From the NCBI GenBank assembly GCA_030390025.1, contig CM059438.1, positions 53,260,001 to 53,324,000 on the forward strand: a stretch of DNA of 64,000 nt. The letters run 5' to 3'. Below, in pieces: positions 1-10,610 of the stretch. The DNA is from Squalus acanthias (lineage: Eukaryota). Position 1 is the first letter of the stretch; the number at the start of each line of letters is the position of its first letter. Under the pieces are notes generated by a model. That model saw only the letters and a program-made list of their open reading frames with translations, ran no database searches and was not told the origin of the DNA. The position numbers and the translations under genes are program-made.

Positions 1-527
1 GCCACACTATAGGAAGGATGTGATTGCATTGGAGAGGGTGCAGAGGAGATTCACCAGGATGTTACCTGGGCTGCAGCGCTTCAGCTATGAAGAGAGACTG
101 GACAGGCTGGGGTTGTTTTCCTTAGAGCAGAGAAGGCTGAGGGGGGACCTGATTGAGGTGTACAAAATTATGAGGGGCATCGATAGGGTAGATAGAAAGG
201 AACTTTTCCACTTAGTAGAGGGGTCAATAACCAGGGGGCATAGTTTCAAGGTAAGGGGCAGGAGGTTTAGAGGGGATTTGAGGAAAAACTTTTTCACCCA
301 GAGGGTGGTTGGAATCTGGAACTCACTGCCTGAAAGGGTGGTAGAGGCAGGAACCCTCACAACATTCAAGAAGCATTTAGATGAGCACTTGAAACGCCAT
401 AGCATACAAGGCTACGGACCAAGTGCTGGAAAATGGGATTAGAATAGACAGGGCTTGATGGCTGGCGCGGACACGATGGGCCGAAGGGCCTCTTTCAGTG
501 CTGTATAACTCTATGACTCTATGACTG
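1..527 (+). mobile_element. CR1 LINE, 3' end (ORF2 C-terminus, 3' UTR, (CTATGACT)n tail)
   Basis: ORF 20-442 LERVQRRFTRM...RRLRGDLIEVYK...FFTQRVV..WNSLP is the typical CR1 ORF2 C-terminus; 8-bp repeat tail at ~509-527. Confidence 0.9.
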
Positions 528-867
528 GGCCTGCGGAAGGTGGTGAGAGAACCAACACGAGCGAAAAGCCTACTTGACCTCATTCTCACCAATCTACCTG
601 TTGCAGATGCATCTGTCCATGACAGCATTGGTAGCAGTGACCACCGCACAGTCAAAGTGGAGATGAAGTCTCGTCTTCACACTGAGGACACCCTCCATCA
701 TGTTGTGTGACACTACCACCGTGCTAAATGGGATAGATTCAGAACAGATCTAGCAGCTCAAAACTGGGCATCCATGAGGCACTGTGGGTCATCAGCAGCA
801 GCAGAATTGTATTCCACCACAATCTGTAACCTCATGACACAGCATATCCCTCACTCTACCATTACCA

Positions 868-1004
868 CTGTGATATATGTGGGTAGAACAAGTGAAGGAC
901 AGAGACACGATGAGTTGCTAGTCAATGTGCTTGCTTTACTAGGCCAGAGCGAACTGAGCATGCTCATACTAAACCATGTGACAAACCATGTGATAATACA
1001 TTAC
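868..1004. mobile_element. ~137-bp insertion in the LINE, possible solo LTR
   Basis: Interrupts the LINE and is flanked by a direct repeat TACCA (863-867 and 1005-1009); starts near TGTG and has ...TACA close to the other end. Confidence 0.4.
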
Positions 1005-2511
1005 TACCATCAAGCCAGGGGACCAACCCTGGTTCAATGAGGAGTGTAGAAGAGCATGCCAGGAGCAGCACCAGGCGTACCTAAAAATGACAGAGCTAAG
1101 CGATCCCACAATCAACGAATCAGATCAAAGCTCTGCAGTCCTGCCACATCCAGTCGTGAATGGTGCTGGACAATTAAACAACTAACAGGAGGAGGAGGCT
1201 CCAAGAATATCCCCATCCTCAATGATGGGGGAGCCCAGCACGTGAGTGCAAAAGACAAGGCTGGAGCGTTCGCAACCATCTTCAGCTAGAAGTGCCGAGT
1301 GGATGATCCATCTCGGCCTACTCCCGAGGTCGCCACCATCACAGAAGCCAGTCTTCAGCCAACTCAATTCACTCCATGTGATATCAACAAACAGCTGAGC
1401 GCACTGGATACAGAAAAGGCTGTGGGCCCCGACAACATCCCGGCTGTAGTACTGAAGACTTGTGCTCCAGAACTAGCCGTGCCTATAGCCAAGCTGTTCC
1501 AGTACAGCTACAACACTGGCATCTACCCGACAATGTGGAAAATTGTCCAGGTATGTCCTGTCCACAAAAAGCAGGACAAATCCAATCTGGCCAATTACGC
1601 CCCATCAGCCTACTCTCAATCATCAGCAAAGTGATGGAAGGTGTCGGCGACAGTGCTATCAAGCGGCACTTACTCACCAATAATCTGCTCACTGATGGGT
1701 TTCGCCAGGACCACTCGGCTCCAGACCTCATTACAGCCTTGGTCCAAACATGGACAAAGGAGCTGAATTCCAGAGGTGAGGTGAGAGTGACTGCCCTTGA
1801 CATCAAGGCAGCATTTCACTGAGAATGGCATCAAGGAGCCCTAGTAAAACTGAAGTCAATGGGAATGGGGGGGAAAACGCTCCACTGGCCGGAGTCACAC
1901 CTCGCATAAAGGAAGGTGGTTGTGGTGGTTGGAGGCCAATCATCACAGCCCCAGGACATCACTGCAGGAGTTATTCAGGGTAGTGTCCCAGGCCCAACCA
2001 TCTTCAGCTGCTTCATCAATGACCTTCCCTCCATCATAAGGTCAGAAATAGGGATGTTTGCTGATGATTGCATAGTGTTCAGTTCCATTCGCAACTCCTC
2101 AGATAACGAAGCAGTCCATGCCTGCATGCAGCAAGACCTAGACGACATTCAGGCTTAGGCTGATAAGTGGCAAGTAACATTCGCGCCAAATAAGTGCCAG
2201 GCAGTGACTATCTCCAACAAGAGAGAGTTTAACCACAGCCCCTTGACATTCAATGGTATTACCAATGCCGAATCCCCCATCATCAACATCCTGGGGGGTC
2301 ACCATTGACCAGAAACTTAACTGCTGTGGCTACAAGAGCAGGTCAGAGGCTAGGTATTCTGCAGCGAGTGTCTCACCTCCTGACTCCCCAAAGCCTTTCT
2401 ACCATCTACAAGGAACAAGTCAGGAGTGTGATGGAATACTCTCCACTTGCCTGGATGAGTGCAGCTCTAACAACACTCAAGAAGCTCGACACCATCCAGG
2501 ACAAAGCAGCC

Positions 2512-2706
2512 TGTGGTAACACAATACAGCTTCCTGTGACTCGAACTTTATTGCATCACTTCCTGTGATTAGTCCAGGATAAATACTGGACTGATCAGTT
2601 GGATCCTGGAGAGGCATAGAGTAAGACCTCTTTTGTATGTAGCACATTTTTTAGTTGATTAAAGCTTACTTTAAGTTCACCACGCGTAAGGCTCATTCTT
2701 ACGACA
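2512..2706 (+). repeat. 5' LTR
   Basis: Direct repeat of 6767-6961; TG...CA ends; ATTAAA at 2658-2663. Confidence 0.97.
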
Positions 2707-2707
2707 A

Positions 2708-2718
2708 TTTAATCAACT
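2708..2718 (+). promoter_or_regulatory. Putative self-priming primer-binding site (TTTAATCAACT)
   Basis: Exact reverse complement of LTR 2653-2663 (AGTTGATTAAA); no TGG tRNA-type PBS follows the LTR. Confidence 0.7.
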
Positions 2719-2784
2719 TTGGAAAACTTCGCACTCAAACTTTTTGGACGAACTCGGAACTAAGGATCCAGGGAATCACCCATC

Positions 2785-5700
2785 ATGGAAAACATCCTTA
2801 AACCATCGCGTCTTGACTTGGACCCAAACACCCCAGCAGCCGGTAAGGTGTGGAAACACTGGTATCGCACGTTTGACAATTTTCTCGAATATTGTAAGGC
2901 GGGTGATGACTCAAAGTTGCGGATACTCATCAACTGTGTCACCCCGAATGTATTTCAGTATGTGGAGGAATGGGACAGTTACGAGGAGGCAATTCGGAAG
3001 CTTAAGAGACTATATACTAAGACACCGAATGAGGTCTATGCCAGACATCTACTTGCTACAGCCCAACAAGGGCCGGAGGAATCCATTGATAAATTCCTCC
3101 AAGAGCTTCGCAGACTTAGTATGGACTGTAACTTTCGGGCGGCCTCAGCTGAGCTGTACCGTGAAGAAATGATCCGTGATGCTTTCATCTGCGGGCTTGC
3201 CTCCCCATTTATACGCCAGCGTCTACTGGAAAGTAAGACACTTGAGCTTCAGAGAGCTTATGACATGGCTTGCTCTCTAGATCTGGCAAAAAGAAATACA
3301 GACCTTTATACAGTGCCCAGACCTCGGTCTACTGCCTTAACTACAGTCAGGCAATTTAAGAGGCCACAGGTGAACTCTATTAGGGAGGTCTTTATCCCTG
3401 ACGATCAATCTGATGACTTCACTGATGAAGAGGATGATGACCCCACTGTGGCAGCCTCTTGGCAATCTAAGAAATGCTTCTTTTGTGGTGATGAGTTCCA
3501 CCCTCGGAAATTCTGCCCTGCTCGCAATGCGTTTTGCAGTCATTGCAACAAAAAGGGTCATTTTGCAAAGGTTTGCCTATCAAGAGCCTCTACGAGGGCT
3601 TATCAAGCTAAGTCCTACCGAACTGCCCCGGTAAGGGCCTATCAAGATGTTCCGGCTAAAATCTATCGTGCTTCCTCTCGAAGAAACACACCTAGAGTTT
3701 CAGCCACTCTTTGTGCAACGACACCAATTACAGCTGCTTGTCCTCAGAACCTATTCCATGCAGCTACAAAAGCATCAATTAATGGACATACTTTAGATGC
3801 CTTAATTGACTCAGGTAGCACTGATAGTTTCATTAGGGAACAGATTGTTGCAGAGTTAAAGCTACATGATTTCCCATCGGACCAGGCAGTTGCGATGGCT
3901 CAGTCATCACTTAATACCAGAATTTCTGGCTTTTGTAGGGTTGAAATAATACTTAATGGTCACAGGTATCCCTCCACCCGGCTTTTGGTGCTCAAGGACT
4001 TATGTAGTGATCTTATCTTAGGGCTGGATTTTCAAAAGCAGCATAAGAAGCTCACCATTGAGTTCGGCGGATCTAAACCTGAACTCACTATTTCTAATAT
4101 ACTACCTCGATTACCGTTCTGTGCATTGTCAGCAGCTTCACTGGATGAACCCTCACTGTTTTCCAGTATCCCTCCTCGATGCAAACCGATTATAACAAAG
4201 TCACGACGTTTCAGTCAGGAAGACCAGTCTTTTATTGCGGCTGAGATTTCTCGGCTTTTAGCAGAGGATATCATCGAGCCTTGTTCGTCGCCATGGCGCG
4301 CCCAGGTCGTTATTGTTAAGAACCCTCTACAACCTCACAAGAAACGGCTGTGCATTGACTATTCACAGACCATCAATCAATATACGGACTTGGACGCATA
4401 CCCATTGCCGCGCATCGATGATATGGTTAATAAACTGGCTGAGTACACGGTGTTCTCAACATATGATCTGAAAAGTGCCTATCATCAGGTACCCTTGAAG
4501 GTCTCAGACAAGCAGTATACGGCCTTTGAAGCCAATGGACGGCTGTATCAATTTCGTCGCCTCCCCTTTGGGGTCACTAATGGAGTGGCTGTCTTCCAGC
4601 GAGCAATGGATGACCTGGTCAAACAGGAAGACTTGAAGGATACGTTTCCTTATCTGGACAATATTACTGTCGCAGGTCGCAATCAGCGGGAACATGACGC
4701 CAATCTCCAACGATTTTGGGATGCACTCCAGCACCGTAATTTGACATTAAATGCGGCTAAATCCATTGAGTCACAACCAACCATCAACATCCTTGGCTAT
4801 TGTGTGGGCAATGGCATCATTAAACCTGACCCTGAAAGGCTTCGCCCACTCCAAGAACTCCCGCCACCTAAGAATCCGGCCTCCTTGCGCCGGGCCCTCG
4901 GCCTGTTTGCATACTATGCTAAATGGATTCCTAACTTCTCGGACCGAATCCAACCTCTACTGAAGGCCAGCACATTCCCACTAGACACAGCGGCTGTTGC
5001 AGCCTTTAACCTCCTGAAAAAACAGTTGGAGAAAGCGACTCTTCACTCCATCGATGAGAGTCTTCCTTTTGTCGTTGAGTGTGATGCCTCGGAGGTGGCG
5101 ATCTCGGCCACTCTGAATCAGGAAGGTCGTCCGGTGGCATTTTTGTCCAGGACTTTTCAAGGGGCTGAGCTACATTATCCTCCAGTCGAGAAAGAAGCTA
5201 CAGCCATCATAGAGGCAGTACGGAAGTGGAGTCACCTCCTAGCTCGCCAGCACTTTACCTTAATCACGGACCAGCGATCGGTCGCCTTCATGCTCGATAA
5301 TCGAAAACGGACCAAAATTAAAAATAATAAAATCCAGCTTTGGCGGCTGGAATTGGCCTCTTTTGGTTACACCATCCACTATCGACCTGGCAAGGAGAAT
5401 GTGGCTCCAGATACCCTCACACGAGCATTCTGCTCCGCCATGGCACCCTCTACGCTCGTAGACATCCATGATGGGTTGTGTCATCCGGGCGTTACTCGCA
5501 TGCTATACTTCGTGCTGTCCCGAAATCTCCCATTCTCTACCGGGGATGTAAAGAAGATGTGCTCGGACTGCAGAGTCTGTGCGGAATTGAAACCTCGGTT
5601 TTTCCGCCCCTCGGGTGGTATACTCATACATGCGACCCAGCCAATGCAACAGCTTAGCATCGATTTTAAGGGGCCGTTGCCCTCTTCAACTCGCAAGACT

Positions 5701-6702
5701 TATCTATTGACCATGGTCGATGAGTATTCCCGTTTTCCGTTTGCCTTTCCCTGCCCCAATATGCTGACGTCCACGGTTATCAGCTGCCTTGAGCAGGTAT
5801 TTGCTTTCTGTGGCATGGCATCCTATGTTCATTCGGATCGGGGCCCTTCTTTTATGTCAGGAGAACTCAAGGCCTATCTCTCGGAACGGGGTATTGCTGC
5901 CAGCAAAACGACGCCTTATCATCCCGTCTTTAACGCTATCATCTGGAATGCGGTACGTCTGGCTTTGAGATCTCGGGGCCTACCCAACCAGCAATGGGAA
6001 GCAGTACTTCCAGACGCATTACACTCCACACGGTCCCTCCTTTCGACCGCCACAAATACGACACCTCATGAACGGTTCTTCCGATTTCAGCGTCGCTCAT
6101 CCTATGGGATATCTCTCCCGTCGTGGCTGACTGCACCGGGACCAGTGCTACTCCGAAGATATGTCCGGGCATCTAAGAATGACCCCCTGGTAGATGAGGT
6201 TGAGCTCACTGACGTCAACCCTACCTACGCCTATATTCGGTATCCTGACGGTCGGGAATCTACCGTGTCATTGCGGGATCTGGCTCCCTGCCCGCCGAAA
6301 CATAGAGGGACACCAGGGGATGATATTGTACCAGGCACATCTCTGGGCTCGCCAGGTGCCTCTCATCACGATCTGGATCTGACGCCGGCTGGTACCTCAC
6401 TCCAGCGTGCCGACCTGGGGCAGACTGACTATGAGCCCGTCGGGGCTCGCACGCGCAGCCACGATCCACCCTGTACCGTACGCTCGGAAACGGATCTGCC
6501 ACAGCCCTGCCCGACACCCGTTCGGGCACCAGTACACAGTCAGGATCGTCCTGACCCCTCACAGAGCGGGCTGGATCACTCGGACTCTGGTCCACGGCCC
6601 GCGGTGGGTAAACGGGCTAGGGGCCCTCTACCGCTACAAGAACCCAAACGGGTGCGGCTCTCCCTCGTCCAGCGGCTACGAAATGGAGGGAGAATGTGGT
6701 AA
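2785..6702 (+). CDS. Gag-Pol polyprotein, 1305 aa (Gag with two Zn knuckles, aspartic protease, RT, RNase H, integrase)
   Basis: CFFCGDEFHPRKFC and CSHCNKKGHFAKVC; LIDSGS; RLCIDY, DLKSAYHQ, LPFG, YLDN; ECDAS; HHCC, IDFKGP, HSDRG. The integrase appears to lack its catalytic Glu segment. Confidence 0.95.
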   Translation: MENILKPSRLDLDPNTPAAGKVWKHWYRTFDNFLEYCKAGDDSKLRILINCVTPNVFQYVEEWDSYEEAIRKLKRLYTKTPNEVYARHLLATAQQGPEESIDKFLQELRRLSMDCNFRAASAELYREEMIRDAFICGLASPFIRQRLLESKTLELQRAYDMACSLDLAKRNTDLYTVPRPRSTALTTVRQFKRPQVNSIREVFIPDDQSDDFTDEEDDDPTVAASWQSKKCFFCGDEFHPRKFCPARNAFCSHCNKKGHFAKVCLSRASTRAYQAKSYRTAPVRAYQDVPAKIYRASSRRNTPRVSATLCATTPITAACPQNLFHAATKASINGHTLDALIDSGSTDSFIREQIVAELKLHDFPSDQAVAMAQSSLNTRISGFCRVEIILNGHRYPSTRLLVLKDLCSDLILGLDFQKQHKKLTIEFGGSKPELTISNILPRLPFCALSAASLDEPSLFSSIPPRCKPIITKSRRFSQEDQSFIAAEISRLLAEDIIEPCSSPWRAQVVIVKNPLQPHKKRLCIDYSQTINQYTDLDAYPLPRIDDMVNKLAEYTVFSTYDLKSAYHQVPLKVSDKQYTAFEANGRLYQFRRLPFGVTNGVAVFQRAMDDLVKQEDLKDTFPYLDNITVAGRNQREHDANLQRFWDALQHRNLTLNAAKSIESQPTINILGYCVGNGIIKPDPERLRPLQELPPPKNPASLRRALGLFAYYAKWIPNFSDRIQPLLKASTFPLDTAAVAAFNLLKKQLEKATLHSIDESLPFVVECDASEVAISATLNQEGRPVAFLSRTFQGAELHYPPVEKEATAIIEAVRKWSHLLARQHFTLITDQRSVAFMLDNRKRTKIKNNKIQLWRLELASFGYTIHYRPGKENVAPDTLTRAFCSAMAPSTLVDIHDGLCHPGVTRMLYFVLSRNLPFSTGDVKKMCSDCRVCAELKPRFFRPSGGILIHATQPMQQLSIDFKGPLPSSTRKTYLLTMVDEYSRFPFAFPCPNMLTSTVISCLEQVFAFCGMASYVHSDRGPSFMSGELKAYLSERGIAASKTTPYHPVFNAIIWNAVRLALRSRGLPNQQWEAVLPDALHSTRSLLSTATNTTPHERFFRFQRRSSYGISLPSWLTAPGPVLLRRYVRASKNDPLVDEVELTDVNPTYAYIRYPDGRESTVSLRDLAPCPPKHRGTPGDDIVPGTSLGSPGASHHDLDLTPAGTSLQRADLGQTDYEPVGARTRSHDPPCTVRSETDLPQPCPTPVRAPVHSQDRPDPSQSGLDHSDSGPRPAVGKRARGPLPLQEPKRVRLSLVQRLRNGGRMW

Positions 6703-6766
6703 CACAATACAGCTTCCTGTGACTCGAACTTCATCCCGGCCTCCTAATCTTTTGGGGGGGGGAGAA

Positions 6767-6961
6767 TGTGGTAACACAATACAGCTTCCTGTGACTCGAA
6801 CTTTATTGCATCACTTCCTGTGATTAGTCCAGGATAAATACTGGACTGATCAGTTGGATCCTGGAGAGGCATAGAGTAAGACCTCTTTTGTATGTAGCAC
6901 CTTTTTTAGTTGATTAAAGCTTACTTTAAGTTCACCACGCGTAAGGCTCATTCTTACGACA
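6767..6961 (+). repeat. 3' LTR
   Basis: Direct repeat of 2512-2706, preceded by PPT GGGGGGGGGAGAA. Confidence 0.97.
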
Positions 6962-8059
6962 CAGCCCACTTGACTGGAACCCCATCCACTACCTTAAACA
7001 TCCACTCCCTCCACCACCGGCGTACCGTGGCTACAGTGTGTACCATCTACAAGATGCACTGTAGCAACTCGCCAAGGCTTCTTCAGCAGCACCTCCCAAA
7101 CCCGCGACCTCTACCACCTAGAAGGACAAGGGCAGCAGGTGCATTGGAACACCACCACCTCCAAGTTCCCCTCCAAGTCACACACCATCCTGACTTGGAA
7201 GTATATCGGCTGTTCCTTCATCGTCGCTGGGTCAAAATCCTGGATCTCCCTCCCTAACAGCACTGTGGGAGTACCTTCACCACACGGACTGCAGCTGTTC
7301 AAGAAGGCGGCTCACCACCACCTTCTCAAGGGCAATTAGGGATGGGCAATAAATACTGGCTTTGCCAGCGACGCCCACATCCCAGGAACGAATAAAAATA
7401 AAATCAGGTAAATAAATGAGAAAAAGGAGGAAGGTTTTGGGAAGGGAGGAGGGAATAAAGAAATATAAAATATTTCCATCTGAAGCAAGAAACTGCAACA
7501 CCATTAATCGAAGGGAGGCAAATTGCAATAAAGTAAATAACTGGGAACAAGAGATTTTGGGGAGAGCAGAACAATTTCCTTGCATTGTAAGCAAGCTTTT
7601 TAATGTGGTAATAAATATTATTGTGAATATGACCAGCGGTATTACGACCCCAGCCCACTTAAAGTAACTCAAGTAGGATGGGGTAGTAATACTGGTGGTA
7701 ACATTTCCTGTCATGGGCACCATAGCAACACTGGACACGAGGAGTGCTGTGTTCTCCTGTGTTAGCCTGATGTTCAGAGGGGCGTTTATCATGTAAGTTA
7801 TACTCTTTCTGGCCCCACCTTAATTTTTTTTTTAGATTTATTTGTTTAGCTACCCTGGAGACACAAAGCCAGGCTACACTGCCACAGGCTTCTCCCTGCC
7901 CCAGTGGCAGGCTCCCAGTGCAGGTGGGACACTGCTGAACTTTTTAAAGTGAGCCTGACCTCAGGAAATTAGCTATGGTCAGGTGCGCAGGCAGAGAATG
8001 GCTGGAATCTCGTCCTGCCAAACGTAGCTTACAATGAAAGGTAGTAACGAGGGTAATTT

Positions 8060-9736
8060 TAACCTAACCAGTAATTATTCAATATCAATAAGTGTGAGGT
8101 GGTGCATTTTGGTAGGAGGAATAAGGAGGCCACATACTCCTTCGGAAAATAACAGTCTAAATAGTGTAAGAGGAGCAAAGGAATCAAGGGTTACAGATTC
8201 ACAAATCATTAAAAGTAGCAACACAGGTTAACAAAACCATAAAAATACATGCAAAGCACCGGGGTTCATTTCTAGAGGAATAGAATGGAAAAGCAGTGAA
8301 GTTATGTTAAACTTGTATCGAACCTTGGTTAGACCACACTTGGAGCACTGTGAACAGTTCTGGTCTCCATATTATAAAAAGGATCTAGAGGCACTGCAGA
8401 CGGTGCAAAAAGATTCACAAGAATGATACCAGAACTGAGAGGTTATACTTATCGGGAATGGCTGAACAGGCTGGGAGTCTTTTCTCTAGAAAAGAGAAGT
8501 CTGAGGGGTGACCTGATTGAGGTCTTTAAGATTATGATGGGGTTTGATAGGGTAATCGTAGTGAAGTTGTTTCCACTTGTGGAGGAGACCAGAACTAGAG
8601 GCCATAAATATAAGATAGTAACTAATAAATCCAATAAGGAATTCAGGTGAAGCTTCTTTACCCAGAGAGTGGTTAGAATGTGGTGCTCGGAGTGGTTGAG
8701 GTGAATAGTATAGATGCATTTAGGGTGAAGCTAGATAAACATATGAAGGAGAAAGGAATAGGAGGTTATGTTGATAGGGTTAGATATAGAGGGCTGGGAG
8801 GAGGCTCGTGTGGAGCACAAACACCGGCATAGACTAGCTGAGCCAAATAGCCTGTTTCTGTGCTGGAAATACTATGGGCTGGATTTTCCAAGTCCCGAGG
8901 AGGCGGGCATGGAGGCGGGACAGCCGGTAAACTCGGAGAAAGTGGGGGCGGATGGCAAAGCCGCCCCCATCCTGCCTCCGTGCCCTTTTTCCAGGAGGCG
9001 GGAAGATGTGCAGCTTCGGGTTCCGTCTCTTGGAGGCGGGAAAGGCATTTAATCCTTTTAACTGCCTGTTAACAGCTAGTTAACAGGCAGAAAAAAGGAT
9101 TAGTGCCATTTTACCTTCACAGATGAAGGCTTCCCGACCTCGGAGAACCCCGCCGGGTTGGAGGAGACGTGGAGGAGGTCTGCAGCGGTCGGAGGCACCT
9201 GGAAGTAAGGTGTAGAGGTAAGTGATGGGTGCAAGTGTGGAGTGGCAAGTATGTAAGGTGAGTGATAAGTTTAAAAAAGTGTTCACTTACCTTGTTTTCT
9301 TTCTACAGCCTTTAGCCGCGCTGGATGGGGAGAGCCGACATTCTCCTTGTCAATTTCACAGACTGGCTGTTGGAACCTCCGTTCCTACAGTCATGTGAAA
9401 TTTACAAAGTTGAAAGGTTTGATGAGTCCTCAATACAAGGACTCATCAAACTAAAGAGAATGTCAGTGTTTGACAGCTTCACAGAGCTGACATTTCTTCT
9501 GTCAAGAAGATAGCACGTCTTGACAGATAGCACATCAGACGTTGACGTGATCTGTCAGTAACTTCCTCCCTAATTGGCCTGCTGAGCCCGCAGGGCGGGC
9601 TTAACAAGCTCAATCAGGGGAAAATCCCTCTGGTTGGTCAGGCGAGAATGGAGGCGGGACATTGACACGACAAGCAGCTGTCCCGCCTCCAACTCGCCTC
9701 CATTCACAAAATCCAGCCCTATGTAATTCTATGTAA
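8060..9736 (+). mobile_element. Degenerate CR1 3' fragment, with its tail interrupted by the MITE at 8876-9719
   Basis: RPHLEHC.QFW and RSLRGDLIEVFKIM motifs; the tail ...TACTAT|GTAATTCTATGTAA continues after the MITE. Confidence 0.8.
8876..9719. mobile_element. Non-autonomous PIF/Harbinger-type element (MITE), 844 bp
   Basis: Perfect 12-bp TIR GGGCTGGATTTT/AAAATCCAGCCC, subterminal inverted match GGAGGCGGGACAGC, 3-bp TSD TAT. Confidence 0.88.
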
Positions 9737-9891
9737 TGTAACAACCCGCCTGGCAGGATCGGGTTGGCTGGCCGTTTTACAGACCATGCAAGTGTTGGCA
9801 AGTGACTTCAATGGGGAGTTAAATTGGGCAGGCTGTAAATTGGGCAACCGATCCAATCCCGTGTATTTCCCACTGGTCGGGTTAGGTTACA
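9737..9891. mobile_element. Small foldback/MITE-like element
   Basis: Imperfect inverted ends TGTAAC..AACCCG / CGGGTT..GTTACA with further internal inverted matches. Confidence 0.4.
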
Positions 9892-10062
9892 ATGACCTTG
9901 TTCTCCAGTTACTAGGAGGAGCTGCAGGCAATATCAGGTATAAGGAAGGTAATGCATGCTGGTACCGCAAGTAACTAAGTCAAATATCATCCAAGTTCAG
10001 TAGTAAAATGAGTCGGCGTGTTTGTTCCCAAATTCTGAAGGTATCAGCAAAAGAAAGACTTT

Positions 10063-10212
10063 CTCAGGATGTCCCAAAGAGCTTCACAGCCGATGAAGTA
10101 CTTTTTAAAAGTGTAGTCACTGTTGTAATGTAGGAAACGTGGCAGCCAATTTGCGCACAACAAGATCCCACCAACAGCAAACCGATAAATGAGCAGATAA
10201 TTAGTTTTATTG
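10063..10212 (-). mobile_element. SINE fragment resembling the Deu-domain family (SacSINE1-like)
   Basis: Recalled similarity of ...GTGTAGTCACTGTTGTAATGTAGGAAAC..GCAGCCAATTTGCGCAC..CAAGATCCCAC; not verified by search. Confidence 0.5.
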
Positions 10213-10427
10213 ATGTCGTAATGCTGTAATTATTAAAGGAGAAAGCAGTTTGGGGGATCGTAGTTCCATGGAATAAGCCCAAGGATGTTGTGCTGCTGTA
10301 ACCTCAATGAAATTGGCACGTACTTCGTTTGTGTTATATCTTTTCTGCATATAAATTATTCCCAGTGTCCAAAAAGCAATAGAATCATTTGCACTTACGA
10401 GCTATTTCTGTGGTAATTATCCATCAG

Positions 10428-10610
10428 TGTATTGTGCAACTCTTGAGCAAAACTGATTCTGGATTTTGGCTTGAATCCAACTGTCTGGAACTGTTGGGAC
10501 GGTTTGCAGCTTTGCTAGGAGCTGGCCAAGTGTTGGCAAGTGACCAAAAGATGATAGAATTTCAGAATTCCACATTCTCCATCACATTAGCAAACATAGA
10601 ACTCATTCTG
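10428..10610 (+). CDS. Candidate internal exon of an unidentified host gene (61 codons, phase 0/0)
   Basis: Non-repetitive sequence; acceptor ...CCATCAG|, donor |GTAACT; open frame CIVQLLSKTDSGFWLESNCLELLGRFAALLG...IELIL. Confidence 0.35.

Larger units (their letters stand above)
2512..6961 (+). mobile_element. Full-length Ty3/Gypsy LTR retrotransposon
   Basis: 195-bp TG...CA LTRs at 2512-2706 and 6767-6961 (one mismatch seen); 5-bp TSD CAGCC at 2507-2511 and 6962-6966; polypurine tract 6754-6766; PR-RT-RH-IN domain order. Confidence 0.97.
528..7400 (+). mobile_element. Degenerate CR1/L2-group LINE (RT), split by the Gypsy insertion at 2512-6961 and a small insert at 868-1004
   Basis: Frameshifted RT motifs GPDNIP, RPISLLSIISKVME, ALDIKAAF, QGSV.GP, MFADD, YKEQVRSVMEYS; the sequence resumes after the LTR element and ends in an A-rich tail near 7390-7403. 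Confidence 0.85.

Noticed and set aside
2512..6961. Endogenous retrovirus with env
   Set aside because: There is no room or ORF for env, and the RT motifs are Gypsy-type.
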